A DNA stretch of 64,000 nucleotides from Azolla caroliniana (GCA_043228905.1 JBHGNT010000004.1:3968001-4032000), one strand, 5' to 3'. Positions 38,641 through 51,815 are shown, counted from the first letter of the stretch. Numbers and translations are program-made. Notes: generated from the sequence alone by a model not told the origin.

Positions 38641-41600
38641 TGGCACTTGGAGAACTGCCCGTCAAAAAAGACACAAAATAGGTCGATTCACAAAAAAGGG
38701 TGTTGCATGCGTAAAGGATTTTAAAAAATGACCCCAAAATATATTGATTTCTAGCATGTCAAAGTTTTAGGTCTTTCAAAAAATGCCTAAATAATAGACA
38801 TTCCAAACTTACAAAATGTATAAAATGACTACCACCTATATTTATACATATTCTTATCAAAAGGTTACCACGATCCTTTTACCAATCTTAGTTGTATTCT
38901 TTGAAACCTCATGTTCCCAATGCTATGGGTAATTTTAAACACAGTTCTACAACACTTAATACTCAATCCAAGGAAATATTCAACGTGCGTCGAACTAGCC
39001 CCAACGGCGTGATCCCTTACAAGCTGCATATGTGAAATAAGTGATAAATACTTCTCTCGCAGTATATGTAAGTTGGCCTTTCCAAATTTATTAAGACATA
39101 GATTCATTCCCTCAACACGTCTTGCTTGAATAGCAAACAATATAACTATCAAAACATAAAAAGTTAAATCTCTTTAGACTAACTTCTCAAGGAACTCTTT
39201 TAAATGTGAACGGATGAGTTATGCAAGCTTCGTTAGTAGAGGTTTCATCCTTCATCATAGGACTTCCTCTAGAAGCCGATGCACTACATCAAATTCTAGA
39301 GGAAGTCAACTAGATCCGATGCATTACATTGGATTCATGTGTTTGTATGCTAGAATCCGATATAGTGCATCGAATTCTCGTAGATTTTTTACATTTTGTT
39401 CAAGAATCTGATGCATTGCATCGGGATATTGTTTTCTATTCATATGTGGTTTGGGCATGTATTTTGATGTATTTTATGTTTTAGTTATTGACTTTTTTCT
39501 CGATAAAATAGCTTTTTTATATTCTAGTGAACCTCATCAGAAGGTCCTCTCTTTCAAGTTGAAGATCCGATTTCCGATGAAATGCAATTCAGAGAGCTTC
39601 CTAAAAGAAAAGTAACACAGAACATTATTGAAATCTGAACATGATGGGACATCGAAATCGTCTATAAGCAATACGAAAGGAAAATAAATTATGCTCCTAG
39701 AAGATAAGTCATTGGAGCTTAAGCTTAAAAATTATTTAAATTTAGAATGGAATCTGGTCTATGTGGAAGAAGATGGAGTATTGCTCCTCATATTTGCTAA
39801 GTCGGAGAGTAAAAGAAAGCTAGAATTAGGGAAAAACCTTTACCTACAGTAAAGGTCGTAATATCGAATATTGAGATAGTGATTCGACCAATATCTTCCT
39901 CAACATAGAGAGCTTGGGTGGTACTAGGCGAGTGCGAGTCGATGAAGGAAACCTGGTAGCCGACTTGCGCCACCGAAAACTTTAAGAAAATATATTATGC
40001 AAACAAAAAATAACCTTATTGTTGCTCTTCCACCTTATGTTACCGAGGAGAGGATGAGCACAGAAGTAGAGACTCCACCAAAACAATCTCGGAAATCAAA
40101 ACCGGAACAGAAAAAATATTAAAAAAAAACAAAGATCTAATGACGACGAGCTCAAGGTCTTGGAGTTTGTGGAGGAAGAAGAAGATGAGCAACAGCTTGA
40201 AGTAGTCCCTCCAGGAGAGAAAAATAGTTTCACGTGTAATGACTTCTGAGCAAAACCAAATAAGAGAAAATATAGCAAAGAGAAAACTAGTGTGAAAAAC
40301 TCTTCCATCTGTCGATTTCTTCAATCCAAAGGCCACCCATCGATCTTGTGATAGGAAGAGAGCCACATGTGGTGCATGTAGAGAATCTCAAGAGCAAAAT
40401 GAAGATTAATCTGCATGCAACTATCGTACCATTTTTTGTTATGGTAGACCCTGATTAATGTTTGATGCTTGCAGATTTCAAATATAGGTCTTCAGATGAT
40501 TATACATATTATGTCATTGGAGGATCTCATTCAGGTGAAGCCCGACGTCAACTAGTCAAGTAATATCCTCTCATCCCATTTTTTAAGTATGTAGAATTCA
40601 AAGTATATGCACCTGTCTCACTCATGAAGAGGCAAAGTTGTTAGCTTGGGACCACAACAACGATAATCATTATAGACAAAACATGTCTTGTATTGAACTC
40701 ATTATCTGATTCTTTTACCACAAGTATCTTGATGTGTTGCAAAGGTTTGCACCCAAGTTGCACCTTGGTCTACGTTGTTAGTGTCTACTTGAAGTGAGTA
40801 TTGTTGGCATAAAAGGCCGACTCCCTCCACTGTGTATCCTAGTGTGAACTCATCCACATAGTTAGGGCTTAGTATATAAGCAATAACCTAACGATGTAAA
40901 GAATAATCTTCTTGATCATATATCGGATATCGAATCTCTGAGAGAGACAAAGAACGTAATAGAGCTTCCATTAAAGCTTCAATCTGTGTATATCCTTGCT
41001 TCTCTTTCTGTGTTGTTTTCTGAGTATGAAATGAGACAGATCTTCATACGTTTCCGCATACACTTACGCTTCAACTGGTATCAGAGCGATCTGCTGATCG
41101 ACGGCAACAAACAACAGAAAAGGAGGAAAGAAAAGACCAGGTTAGTAAATCCCACTTCTGAAAGAATCGTGGCATCAACATCCGGTACAGGAGTTGAGAT
41201 CCGGAAATTCGATGGTAAAAACTTTGCCCTATGGAAGGAGATGATGCAGGATGTACTGATTATTCGAAGACAAGTCAAGGTCATTCGACACTTCGAAAAG
41301 CCCGCTTCAATGTCAACCGATAAGTGGAGATCGATGGACGAAATCGCACGCTCCACCATTCGAATGCACCTAGCCGAAAACGTCTACTTCAGCATGGCAA
41401 AAGAGACGACAACGTTCTCACTATGGGAGAAACTACAAGACGTGTACAAGAAAAAGTCATCATCTTCAAAACTGATTTTGATCAAACAATTGTTCAACAT
41501 GAAGATGAGAGAGAATGATCCGGCTACCTCCCACATCAACACCTTCAGTCGGGTGTTGTCAGAACTCTGCTCATAAGGGATCAACTTCGAAGAAGAAGTG

Positions 41601-42277
41601 AAAGCCCTTGCCCTCCTATTGAGCTTGCCGGCGAGTTGGGAGGTATTCTGCATGACAAACGCCAATAGTCGACCGATCCTAAATCATGATGAGACGATCC
41701 GCCAAGTCTTCACTAAGGACATTCGGCGAAAATTGATGGGACTTACCATCGATGAATCAGCAGAAGCCCATCACTCGACCGAGTCATTCGACTAACAGAG
41801 TTGTACAAGAGAACAAGCCAACAGAGCCGGTCGGAATACCAACCAATCAAAAACGAGGGGAGACCGACAATGGTGAAAGTCGAGAACGGGCCGATCACGC
41901 AAATTCTACACACACTATAGAAAAGCTAGCGGTCAATCAAGAGGAAAGAGAGTGGTCGGCGATCCGAGTGGAATTGAGGACGATTCGACTCGGACCACTC
42001 TCTAGTCGGCAATCAAATCAATGTTGTTGATTCCCGATTAGGAGAAGTTCTCTCCTTAGAGGACTCAACGATCAGAGAAGTCCTATACTGTGCACAAGAT
42101 GCATACACGTGGTTACTGGACTCCGGTGCCACATTCCATGTGACCCCCAACATTGAATGGTCTTTGAACTATTTAGCTGACACCAACGGCACAGTCCGTC
42201 TAGGCAACGGGCATGAGTGCAGAATTGCACGGACCGAAGAGGTTCCCATCCGATTGCCAAATGGCAACACAATAACC

Positions 42278-42650
42278 TGTCACGGACAAGTATAATAGAG
42301 TAGAACAAAGATAAGACTAGAGAACAAGAGAGAGTAAAAGAACAAGAACTCAACTTATAGAACCCGTAACTTGTGTTGTTCACCTTGATTAGAATCAAGG
42401 TGCACATGAGTATTTATACAAGAAGGTAGGGCTATGTAAGCTAGCTAGAAATAGAGTATGCATGAGGATGCATGCAATAGAGTATGCATGAGGATGCATG
42501 CAAGCTAGAAAATGAGAATACATGCAAGCTAGGAACTTCCAATGTTCAATCTACACTATATGAAGTTGAATTAAATACAAGGATGCCCAATAGAGACCAT
42601 GAGGTCTTGGGTTCAATCCCTACCTTCTTTCATGGCATATGTCTATGACA
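42278..42650 (-). mobile_element. Solo LTR, chromovirus-type family
   Basis: TGTCAC...TGACA with 5-bp TSD TAACC; shares TGTCACGGA and GTGTTGTTCACCTTGA with the LTR at 49301-49647; TATAAATA on the minus strand. Confidence 0.9.
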
Positions 42651-43115
42651 TAACCCTGCACCGAGTTCGGCATGTACCTGATCTGAAAAGGAGTCTGGTC
42701 TCCATTGGCGTGCTAGCCAAAGACGGGTACAAAACAACTTTAGGTGAGTCGGTATGGATGATTAGACGGGCACAAGTACAACAACCTGTACCCGCTAATG
42801 GCGATCAATCCAGAAGGGGCCGTAAACGTAGCCAAAAAGACCGACCCAAACTTATGGCATGGCCGACACGGTCACATGTCTCAAGCCAGACTTGATTAGT
42901 TGATGGTAGTAGGCTACATCCCAAAACTCCAAGCAGAGATGGACTTCTATGAGCATTGTCGATACGGGAAACAGACCCGAAGTTCGCACACTCTCCACTA
43001 CGAGACGATACGACAACCCCTAGAGCTTCTACTGACAGATATAGGTGGGCCCATGCCAGAGCGACCATTAGGAGGCTCCCGCTACTTCATCACCTTTGTA
43101 GATGACTGTACACGG

Positions 43116-46100
43116 TGTAAGAAATAGACGCTTCGATTCACCTTCTTCCTTTCGGCCACAACCGAGTAATCGCGGATCAATGCAACAGAAAATAGAAACC
43201 AAAAGAGAGAAACACACGAGTACACAGGGATTAACGTGGAAAACCCTAGATGGGAAAAACCACGGGAGTACAAGACTCCAAAACAACACTATACAAGAGA
43301 AGTATACAATGACGAGCTCCAAGGCGACGACCTTGAGCTCGCTGTCCTCGCCACAGGCGGCGGAAATACACAGAGGCGTCGTCCTCTTCCTCTCTCGCGC
43401 TCTATCTCTCTCTCTCTCACGGCTGCTCCCTCTTCACTCCTCTTAAGTGGAAAAACAGAAAAATGATAAGCAACAGTAAAACTGTTTGCCCTAAGTCATA
43501 TATATACTTATATGACTTTGGGCTATTTACAACTGTAGCCACATGGGCCCATAGGAAACATATTCACGGATATGTCCCTGCATCCGGATCGCTCTCCGGG
43601 TACATTCGTCATCCGGTACCGAAACCGAAACCGGGACCGTCCCATCCGGATCCGACCATCCCATTCGAAGGGACCGTAATCCCAACAAACTCCCCCTTCA
43701 CTTCGGCATGGGATGTCTCTCCAATCCGATCCTCTTCCGGCATGCTTCCAGCTTGTCGGGTGTGAGCACCTTGGTCAGCATATCCGACCCGTTCTCGTCC
43801 GTGTGGATCTTCGTCAGCACGAACTCCTTGTCTTCTATCCTTTCCCGGATCCAGTGATATCTTCGCTGGATGTGCTTCGTCCGGGAGTGATAGGCCGCGT
43901 TCTTTGCAAGGTGGATTGCACTCTGACTGTCGCAGTAGAGTCGGTACTCCTTCTGCCGGATACCGAGCTCTCCAATGAAGTCCTTCATCCATATTATTTC
44001 CTTGCCGGCTTCAACAGCTGCCATGTACTCCGCCTCCGTGGTTGACAACGCAACCGTCTTCTGCAGCCTCGACTGCCACGAAACAGCTCCCCCTGCATAC
44101 GTCATCACATACCCTGATGTGGACCGGCTGGTATCTGCATCAGCCGACATATCCGAATCGGTGAAACCGTCGAGTTCGGGTTTACCGGAGCCGAATCGGA
44201 GGCACACGTTTGCCGTGCCCTTCAGGTATCGGAGTATCCACTTGACCGCGTTCCAATGCTCTTTGCCGGGATTGCTCATGTACCGGCTCACCACTCCGAC
44301 TGCATATCCGATGTCCGGTCTCGTACACACCATGGCGTACATCAAGCTCCCGACGGCTGAGGCATACGGCACTTTCATCATATCCTCCTTTTCAGCCTTT
44401 GTCTTGGGACTTTGCTTGCTGGACAGCTTGCAGTTTGTCGGGAGGGTCGATCCGACCGGTCTTGCTTCCGACATGTTGAACCGGTGAAGCACCTTCGTCA
44501 CGTACTTCTCCTGTGACAGCCACAACTGCTTCTTGCTCCGGTCCCGGATGATGTGCATCCCTAGTATTTGTCTCGCCGGACCCAGGTCCTTCATTGAGAA
44601 GGTTCGGTGAAGAGCCTTCTTCAGCATCCGGATCTTGACCTGGTCCCGTCCGACGATCAACATGTCGTCCACGTACAGGAGGAGTATTAGAAAGTCTCCT
44701 CCTTCGAACTTCTTCACAAACACGCAGTGGTCGGACTGCGTTTTGAGGTACCCTTCGTCGGTCATGAAGGAGTCGAACTTCCGGTACCATTGCCGGGGAG
44801 CCTGCTTCAGTCCGTAAAGGCTCTTCTTCAGCCGGCATACCAGGTGCTCCTTCCCTTTCTTCTCGAATCCTTCCGGTTGCTGCATGTAGATCTCTTCTTC
44901 GAGGTCACCGTGAAGGAATGCCGTCTTCACGTCCATCTGTTCTACCTCGAGGTCCATGCTTGCCGCTATGCTCAGCACCGTCCGGATGGAGGTCATCTTC
45001 ACTACCGGGGCAAATATCTCGTCGAAGTCGACGCCCTTCTTCTGCTGAAACCCCTTCACCACGATCCTGGCTTTGTATCTCGGGGGGTTTCCGGCATCTC
45101 CCGGTTTCAGCTTGAACACCCACTTGTTTCGAAGTGCCCGCTTTTCTTTCGGCAACTCCACAAGTTCATATGTGTGGTTCTCATGCAGGGAATCCATCTC
45201 GTCCTGCATGGCACTCAACCACCTGCGGCTCTGAGTGTCATGTTTTGCTTCTTCAAAGCTCTCCGGCTCCCCCTCGTCGGTTAGCAGCACGTGCTCTGGT
45301 TCCGGAAATCTCCGGGGGGCCCTTCTCTCTCTTAGAGGATATCTCCGTTCCGGAGCTTCGGTAATCGGTTCTTCCGATTCTTCTTCATCCGAATCCATTT
45401 CGGGATCGGGGCCGGTTCCGGTATCATTTTCATCTTCTTCGGTCGGTTCGGTTTCTTCACCGTCTTCGGCCGGATCCTCGAGTGCTAACCGGTCCCTTGC
45501 CGGTCGGGACTGCTCCTCGTAGAGTTGATCCTCACCGGTCGACTTGGAGCTCTTCATCTTCTTCTCCGACTCCCAGTCGGCGAGTGTCTTGTCCTCCATG
45601 AAGATGATGTCTCGACTCCTGAATATCTTCTTGTCGACTGGGTCCCATACTCGGTAGCCGAACTCGTCGTCGCCGTAACCGAGGAATATGCATGGCCGGG
45701 TCTTTGGATCTAGCTTCCCTCTCCGGTCCTTTGCCACATGCACGTATGCGAGACACCCGAACACCTTCAGATGCCGGTAGGATACTTCCCTACCGGTCCA
45801 CACTCTCTGCGGCGTGTCTCCGTCCAAAGGTACTGAGGGTGATCGGTTTATCACATATGTCGCCGTCGACATTGCCTCAGCCCAAAACCCCTTGGGTAAT
45901 TTCGCATGCGCCAGCATACTCCGAACCCTCTCCATTATGGTCCGGTTCATCCTCTCGGCCAGCCCGTTCAGTTCCGGCGTCTTCGGCACAGTAAACTCGA
46001 GTCGGATTCCCTTCGAGCGACAGTACTCCTGGAACTGCCCCCGGTATTCCCCTCCGTTATCCGCTCGTATTGCTTTCAGCTTCTTGCCGGATTCCCTTTC

Positions 46101-48372
46101 CACTCTCGCGTGGAGATCTTTGAAGACGCACAACACTTGGTCCTTTGTCTTCATCGGTGCCGTCCACAGTTTTCGGCTATGATCATCGATGAATGTTACG
46201 AAGTACTGGGCTCCGCCATGTGACTTCGTTTCTACCTGACACACATCAGTGTGCACCAACTCCAATGGTGCGCTACGTCTCGTCGGTGGCCTTGAGTGGA
46301 AGGAAGTTCGGTTCTGCTTACCGGCCAGGCAATCGGTGCACTTCTCCAGGTGCACATGCTTCACTGGGATAAGGTTGTCTTCTGCAAGCCTCTTCATCCC
46401 CTTCTCACTCATGTGGCACAGTCTTTTGTGCCACAGCTCACCGGCAGTGTCGGCTGCCACATTCAGCTCTTCCGGACATAACCGGGCATTCATCAGGTAC
46501 AGTGTGTTGTCTTTCCGGGCCCGAGCCACTATCAGGCTCCCCTTGCTGAACTTCATTACGCCGTTCTGGATGCTACCCGTGTAGCCTTCGTCATCTAGCC
46601 TCCCGGCCGAAATCAGGTTCAGTCGGACCTCCGGAACGTGTCGGACATTCTTCAGCAGCATTTTGCATCCGGTCGGGGTTGTCAACCACACATCTCCTAT
46701 GCCAGCAATCCGGCACGTACCTTCGTTTCCCATCCGAACACACCCATGCTCACCGGCTGTGTAGGATGAGAAGTATCTTCTCTCCGGGGTCAGGTGGAAC
46801 GATGCTCCGGAATCGACCACCCAGGTCGTCTCATCGCCGGCAATGTTTAGCTCACCTTCTTCGGTGATGAGCATGATTTCTTCCTCACTTGCCGCGAGTG
46901 CCGTCGTTCCTTTCCGGTCCTGCCCTCGCCGATCCGAACCTCTCCGGTCCGTGGCTCCCCGGTATGCACCGTTTCTCTCCGGTGACTTCTTCGAATCGGA
47001 GTCGTCGGCTCCGTTGTCTTTTCGGTAATGCCGACAATTCTTTCGGAAGTGCCCCGGCTTCCCACAGTGGAAGCATGTGGGCCTTCCTCTTGACTGCGAC
47101 CGGGTCCCCGACTTCTCCCGTCTTTGCGGACTCCGGTTCCATTGTCTTCCCCGATCCGATTCGGTAAGCAGCGCCTTCGGGTCGGAGGTCAGTTCTTTAT
47201 CTCTCCGACGCGCTTCTTCGTTCAAAATACTTGTCTTTACCGTTTGCAAGGACAAGTTATCTTCGGTGCAGGAGGTGCTGAGAGTCACCACCAAGTTCTC
47301 CCAGCTGTCCGGCAATGTACACATCAGGATGATGGCTTGCATTGCATCCTCCAACGGGAACTTGATTGCCGCAAGCTGGTTCACGAATCCCATGAACGTG
47401 CTCACGTGTTCCACCATACTCTCGCCGTCCCGGTACTTGAGATTCACTATCTTCCTCATCAGGGAGGTCCGATTCAACGCATTCTTCCTCTCGTAGAGGC
47501 CCGACAGCTTCTTCCACATTTCATATGCGTTGGTGTCGTTTGCCACATGTTGTAGGACGCTTACATCGACATATTGTCGGATCGTCGCTACGGCTTTCCG
47601 GTTCAGGAGCTTCCACTCCGACTCAAGTACCCCCTTCGGTATTTCCGACCTGTCAATCGGTTCGTACAAGTCCCGAACAATCAGAAGATCCTCCATCTTG
47701 ATCTTCCAGTCGGCGTAATTCTGTGCATTCAGCACCATCATCCCCGGCTGCCCGCTGCCGCCGCCTTCCATTTTCTGCAACAGTCGCTCTGATACCAATT
47801 TGTAAGAAATAGACGCTTCGATTCACCTTCTTCCTTTCGACCACAACCGAGTAATCGCGGATCAATGCAACAGAAAATAGAAACCAAAAGAGAGAAACAC
47901 ACGAGTACACAGGGATTAACGTGGAAAACCCTAGATGGGAAAAACCACGGGAGTACAAGACTCCAAAACAACACTATACAAGAGAAGTATACAATGACGA
48001 GCTCCAAGGCGACGACCTTGAGCTCGCTGTCCTCGCCACAGGCGGCGGAAATACACAGAGGCGTCGTCCTCTTCCTCTCTCGCGCTCTATCTCTCTCTCT
48101 CTCACGGCTGCTCCCTCTTCACTCCTCTTAAGTGGAAAAACAGAAAAATGATAAGCAACAGTAAAACTGTTTGCCCTAAGTCATATATATACTTATATGA
48201 CTTTGGGCTATTTACAACTGTAGCCACATGGGCCCATAGGAAACATATTCACGGATATGTCCCTGCATCCGGATCGCTCTCCGGGTACATTCGTCATCCG
48301 GTACCGAAACCGAAACCGGGACCGTCCCATCCGGATCCGACCATCCCATTCGAAGGGACCGTAATCCCAACA
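43116..48372 (-). mobile_element. Intact, very young Ty1/copia (Tnt1/Tork-like) retrotransposon
   Basis: 572-bp LTRs 43116-43687 and 47801-48372 with one visible mismatch; TSD CACGG; tRNA-iMet PBS; PPT AGGGGGAG. Confidence 0.98.
43698..47771 (-). CDS. Copia Gag-Pol polyprotein, uninterrupted
   Basis: Single ORF, first ATG at 47771: CCHC knuckle, WVVDSGAS protease, HHCC plus DDE integrase, LYVDDML RT, RNase H (CDSQSAI, RTKHI). Confidence 0.96.
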   Translation of the reverse strand: MEGGGSGQPGMMVLNAQNYADWKIKMEDLLIVRDLYEPIDRSEIPKGVLESEWKLLNRKAVATIRQYVDVSVLQHVANDTNAYEMWKKLSGLYERKNALNRTSLMRKIVNLKYRDGESMVEHVSTFMGFVNQLAAIKFPLEDAMQAIILMCTLPDSWENLVVTLSTSCTEDNLSLQTVKTSILNEEARRRDKELTSDPKALLTESDRGRQWNRSPQRREKSGTRSQSRGRPTCFHCGKPGHFRKNCRHYRKDNGADDSDSKKSPERNGAYRGATDRRGSDRRGQDRKGTTALAASEEEIMLITEEGELNIAGDETTWVVDSGASFHLTPERRYFSSYTAGEHGCVRMGNEGTCRIAGIGDVWLTTPTGCKMLLKNVRHVPEVRLNLISAGRLDDEGYTGSIQNGVMKFSKGSLIVARARKDNTLYLMNARLCPEELNVAADTAGELWHKRLCHMSEKGMKRLAEDNLIPVKHVHLEKCTDCLAGKQNRTSFHSRPPTRRSAPLELVHTDVCQVETKSHGGAQYFVTFIDDHSRKLWTAPMKTKDQVLCVFKDLHARVERESGKKLKAIRADNGGEYRGQFQEYCRSKGIRLEFTVPKTPELNGLAERMNRTIMERVRSMLAHAKLPKGFWAEAMSTATYVINRSPSVPLDGDTPQRVWTGREVSYRHLKVFGCLAYVHVAKDRRGKLDPKTRPCIFLGYGDDEFGYRVWDPVDKKIFRSRDIIFMEDKTLADWESEKKMKSSKSTGEDQLYEEQSRPARDRLALEDPAEDGEETEPTEEDENDTGTGPDPEMDSDEEESEEPITEAPERRYPLRERRAPRRFPEPEHVLLTDEGEPESFEEAKHDTQSRRWLSAMQDEMDSLHENHTYELVELPKEKRALRNKWVFKLKPGDAGNPPRYKARIVVKGFQQKKGVDFDEIFAPVVKMTSIRTVLSIAASMDLEVEQMDVKTAFLHGDLEEEIYMQQPEGFEKKGKEHLVCRLKKSLYGLKQAPRQWYRKFDSFMTDEGYLKTQSDHCVFVKKFEGGDFLILLLYVDDMLIVGRDQVKIRMLKKALHRTFSMKDLGPARQILGMHIIRDRSKKQLWLSQEKYVTKVLHRFNMSEARPVGSTLPTNCKLSSKQSPKTKAEKEDMMKVPYASAVGSLMYAMVCTRPDIGYAVGVVSRYMSNPGKEHWNAVKWILRYLKGTANVCLRFGSGKPELDGFTDSDMSADADTSRSTSGYVMTYAGGAVSWQSRLQKTVALSTTEAEYMAAVEAGKEIIWMKDFIGELGIRQKEYRLYCDSQSAIHLAKNAAYHSRTKHIQRRYHWIRERIEDKEFVLTKIHTDENGSDMLTKVLTPDKLEACRKRIGLERHPMPK

Positions 48373-50152
48373 CACGGAAGGTCTAGGCCTACTCCATCAG
48401 GTCCAAAGACGAAGCGCTTGAGGTCTTCACTCGGTGGACATATGAAGTGGAGAATTGGTTGGGACACAGAGTGAGGACACTTAGATCCGACAATGGAGGT
48501 GAGTACGCCTCCAGAGCCTTCAAACAATACCTGTCCAACAAAGGGATCCGACATCAAAAGACCGTTCCCTATACACCCATGCAAAATGGACCGGCAGAAC
48601 GATCCAGGAGAGGGTGACGGCAATGCTCCAACAAGCCGGATTGAAGCTGCAATTCTGGGTAGAAGCTTTGCAGACGACAGTATACCTGATAAATTTGGCG
48701 CCGTCACGAGCAATCAAGCTCGAAGTGCCACATGCACTATGATCAGGCAAACAACCGACCTACGATAGGGTTCGTATATTTGGATGTGAAGCCTACGTGC
48801 TCATGCCCAAGGATAAAAGGAAAAAATTGGCACCCCATGCAACGAAATGCATATTTCTCGGTTATGGAACCGATGGGGAATTTGGCTACAGGTTATGGGA
48901 CCCTGAGAATAGGAAACTGATCTGGTGCAGTGATGTAGTCTTCAATGAAGAATCTATCTTCTCTCAGCGGAACCAGTAGAGAACAACTGGTAAGAAGGTA
49001 GCATTCAAAGACGACAAAGTTGTCATAAAAGAACCGACCCACCAAGTCGAATCAAAGATTCGACAAACAGTCAAACTCGAACAAGCCGACAACATACCTA
49101 CCGACTCCGAATCGGTAGGAAGTCCACTAGTCAAACTCGAAGACAAAGCCATCAATGACAAAGCCATCAACGACAAAGCCAATTCGACAAGAGTCAAAGC
49201 AGGCAAAGTCAACAAGATGCGAGTAGGAAACATAACCGAGTCGACAAAGTCCATAGGGGAGGACAATGTGACACCACCGAAATCCCGACTTGGGGGCAGG
49301 TGTCACGGATCATAAACTCAAGAGACAAGCAAGAAGATAACCAAATGGACAAGAAAGAAGATAGTATTAAAGGAAAGACTCCATAACTGGTGTTGTTCAC
49401 CTTGAATTCCTTCAAGGTGAACTCCTCTATTTATACTACATGGCATGCATACTTGTTGCACGCATGTGAATCTACAATAGAGCATGTAGGTATGCATGCA
49501 TGTGCCAAGTGTAAATACTATAAGGGAGCAACTATGCACATGATGTTAGCAAAATAATAAGGACCAATTACATACATAACTAGATATCTTGGTTAACTCA
49601 TAATACTAGATTATAACATGGTCGTGTCTTGAGTTCGAATCTTGACATTATCCCCCCTCTTACGCCGCCTTCCCAAATCGGCCGCTGGTTTGTGGGGATA
49701 TCGGTAATGAAAATCTTGGACGACCTCTAGGGCATTTTGTAAATTTGCCGATGGTTCCCATGTGGCCTCAGACATGGGGTAACCCCTCCATAGGACGAGG
49801 TATTGCAAGTGTCGACGGTGCCAACGTGAGTCAAGGATTTGGTCGACCTCGTATTCCTCCCCTGTCGTCAATTGCACAGGTGGTGGTGGGGCTTGACGTC
49901 CCGGGAGTTGTGAAGCATAATGGGGTTCGAGGAGGGAGACATGAAAAACATCGTGAATCCGGAAGTGGGATGGAAGGGCGAACTGGAAGGCGACGGGATT
50001 GATGCACTCGATGATACGGAATGGTCCCAACTTCTTGTAATCAAGTTTCGCACATGGACGAGCAGTAGAGATGTGTCGACGTAACAACCAGACCATGTCT
50101 CCAACGACAAAGTGTGGAGTGGAAGATCGATGGCGATCGGCCTGCTTCTTGG

Positions 50153-50504
50153 ATTAGAGGGTATACCGGTAGGTTTAGGGTTAGGGTTCTTCTGCTTCTT
50201 CTTCTTCCCCTTCGTGTTCGTTTAGGGTTGGCTGCAGCTTATCTCCTGTGCAAGACCCCGCTCGGCACGACGAGCCCGAGAGCTCCCCGACGGCGGCTTG
50301 ACAGCAGACGACTGTTGTAAACTATCTTGGTTCGGCTCGAAGCCGGGAGTGTATTCTTCTTATATATATATATATATATATACATATACGTTTGCGTCTG
50401 TCTGTGTATATCGGCGTCTTGTTGGTGTCGGGTGCTCCCCTCTTTCCTTGCGTTTCCTGTACATGTGTGGGTGTGTGTGTGTGTGCGCGCGCGTGAGTCG
50501 GTGT

Positions 50505-50544
<40 letters not shown>

Positions 50545-50674
50545 TTGGTTGCTTCCGGTGTGTTTCTGAGATGCCCCAGAAGCAGTGAAGCACGACGTCT
50601 TACGCTCCATCCCTCTCTAGTCCAAGACCCCTGTGGTCCCGCCTTTCTCCACGCACGCGCGTAATAACGCGACA
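50153..50674 (+). mobile_element. Partial LTR of the tRNA-Trp gypsy family
   Basis: Shares TTAGAGGGTATACC, CAAGACCCCGCTC, GACGAGCCCGAGAGCTCCC and the end AACGCGACA with the LTR at 14157-14908; followed by ACGC; left end deleted. Confidence 0.85.
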
Positions 50675-51815
50675 ACGCTCCGTTTGCCCGTCAGTTTGGG
50701 GGTGATAAGCGGAGGACAACTTGACAGAGATGACTAAAGTTTGTAGTAGGCGCTGCCAGAAGTGAGAGACAAACTGGGGTCCGCGATCCGAGATGACATC
50801 ATCGGGGAGTCCATGCAAGCGTACTACATTGTTGAGTAGGAGATGCACCATTCCTTCTCCGGAAATGGTTTTGGAGCATGGAGTGAAGTGAGCCATCTTC
50901 GTAAACCGATCGACAACAACCAACACTGAGTCATAGCTATTGACCAAGGGTAGATCAATTATCAGGTCCATAGAGATAGAGGCCCAAGGACGACGAGGAC
51001 ATGGAAGCGGCTGTAGTAAGCCGTATGGCCGATGATGAATGGCTTTGGAGCGAGCACTAACCTCACAACTCTTTATGTATTCTTTGACCAGCTTCCATGG
51101 TTGTGGCCACCAATACCCCCGAGAGATTAGCTCGAGGGTTTTCGGGACCCCGACATGACCTGCAAGTGGGTCATCGTGGCATTCCCGCATCACCCGGGTG
51201 CGACATGGGCCCTCTGGGACGTATAAGAGATGATCTCAGAACAACAAACCCTCTTGTATGGTGAAGGTGTCAAGATCCTTCCTTTTGGTCGCCTTGGAGG
51301 GGTTTTGCAGACTATCTCGAATCTCGTTGGCGAACGCATCGGTCTTGGATGCATCAGTGATTTGTTGGAGTAAAGAATCATCCTGCAACATACAAGTGGC
51401 AAACAGATGCAATTGGTCGGGTTTCAACAAACGTCTAGATTGTTGAGCATAAGCAGCATCCCCAGGGCGGAATGCAAGGTCAGCCCGGCGAGAAAGGGCA
51501 TCAGCCTTCCCATGTTGGCCACCAGGTCGAAATACGATCTCAAAATTGTAGTCGGCGAGAAATGTCGACCAATAGGCCTGCCTTCGATTCAAAGTACGAG
51601 TGGTGGAAAAATAAACTAAATTTTTATGATCAGTCACTACCTGGACACGATGTTGTGCGCCGGCCAAGTAGGGTCGCCATTCTTCAAAGGCAACAATGAT
51701 AGCAGCAAGCTCCTTGTCGTAAATGGGATAATTGATTCGGATGCCGTAAATTTTTGGGAATAGTAAGCCACTGGGTGCATTAAGTTGTTGTCGTTTGCTT
51801 GGGATAAGATGGCGC

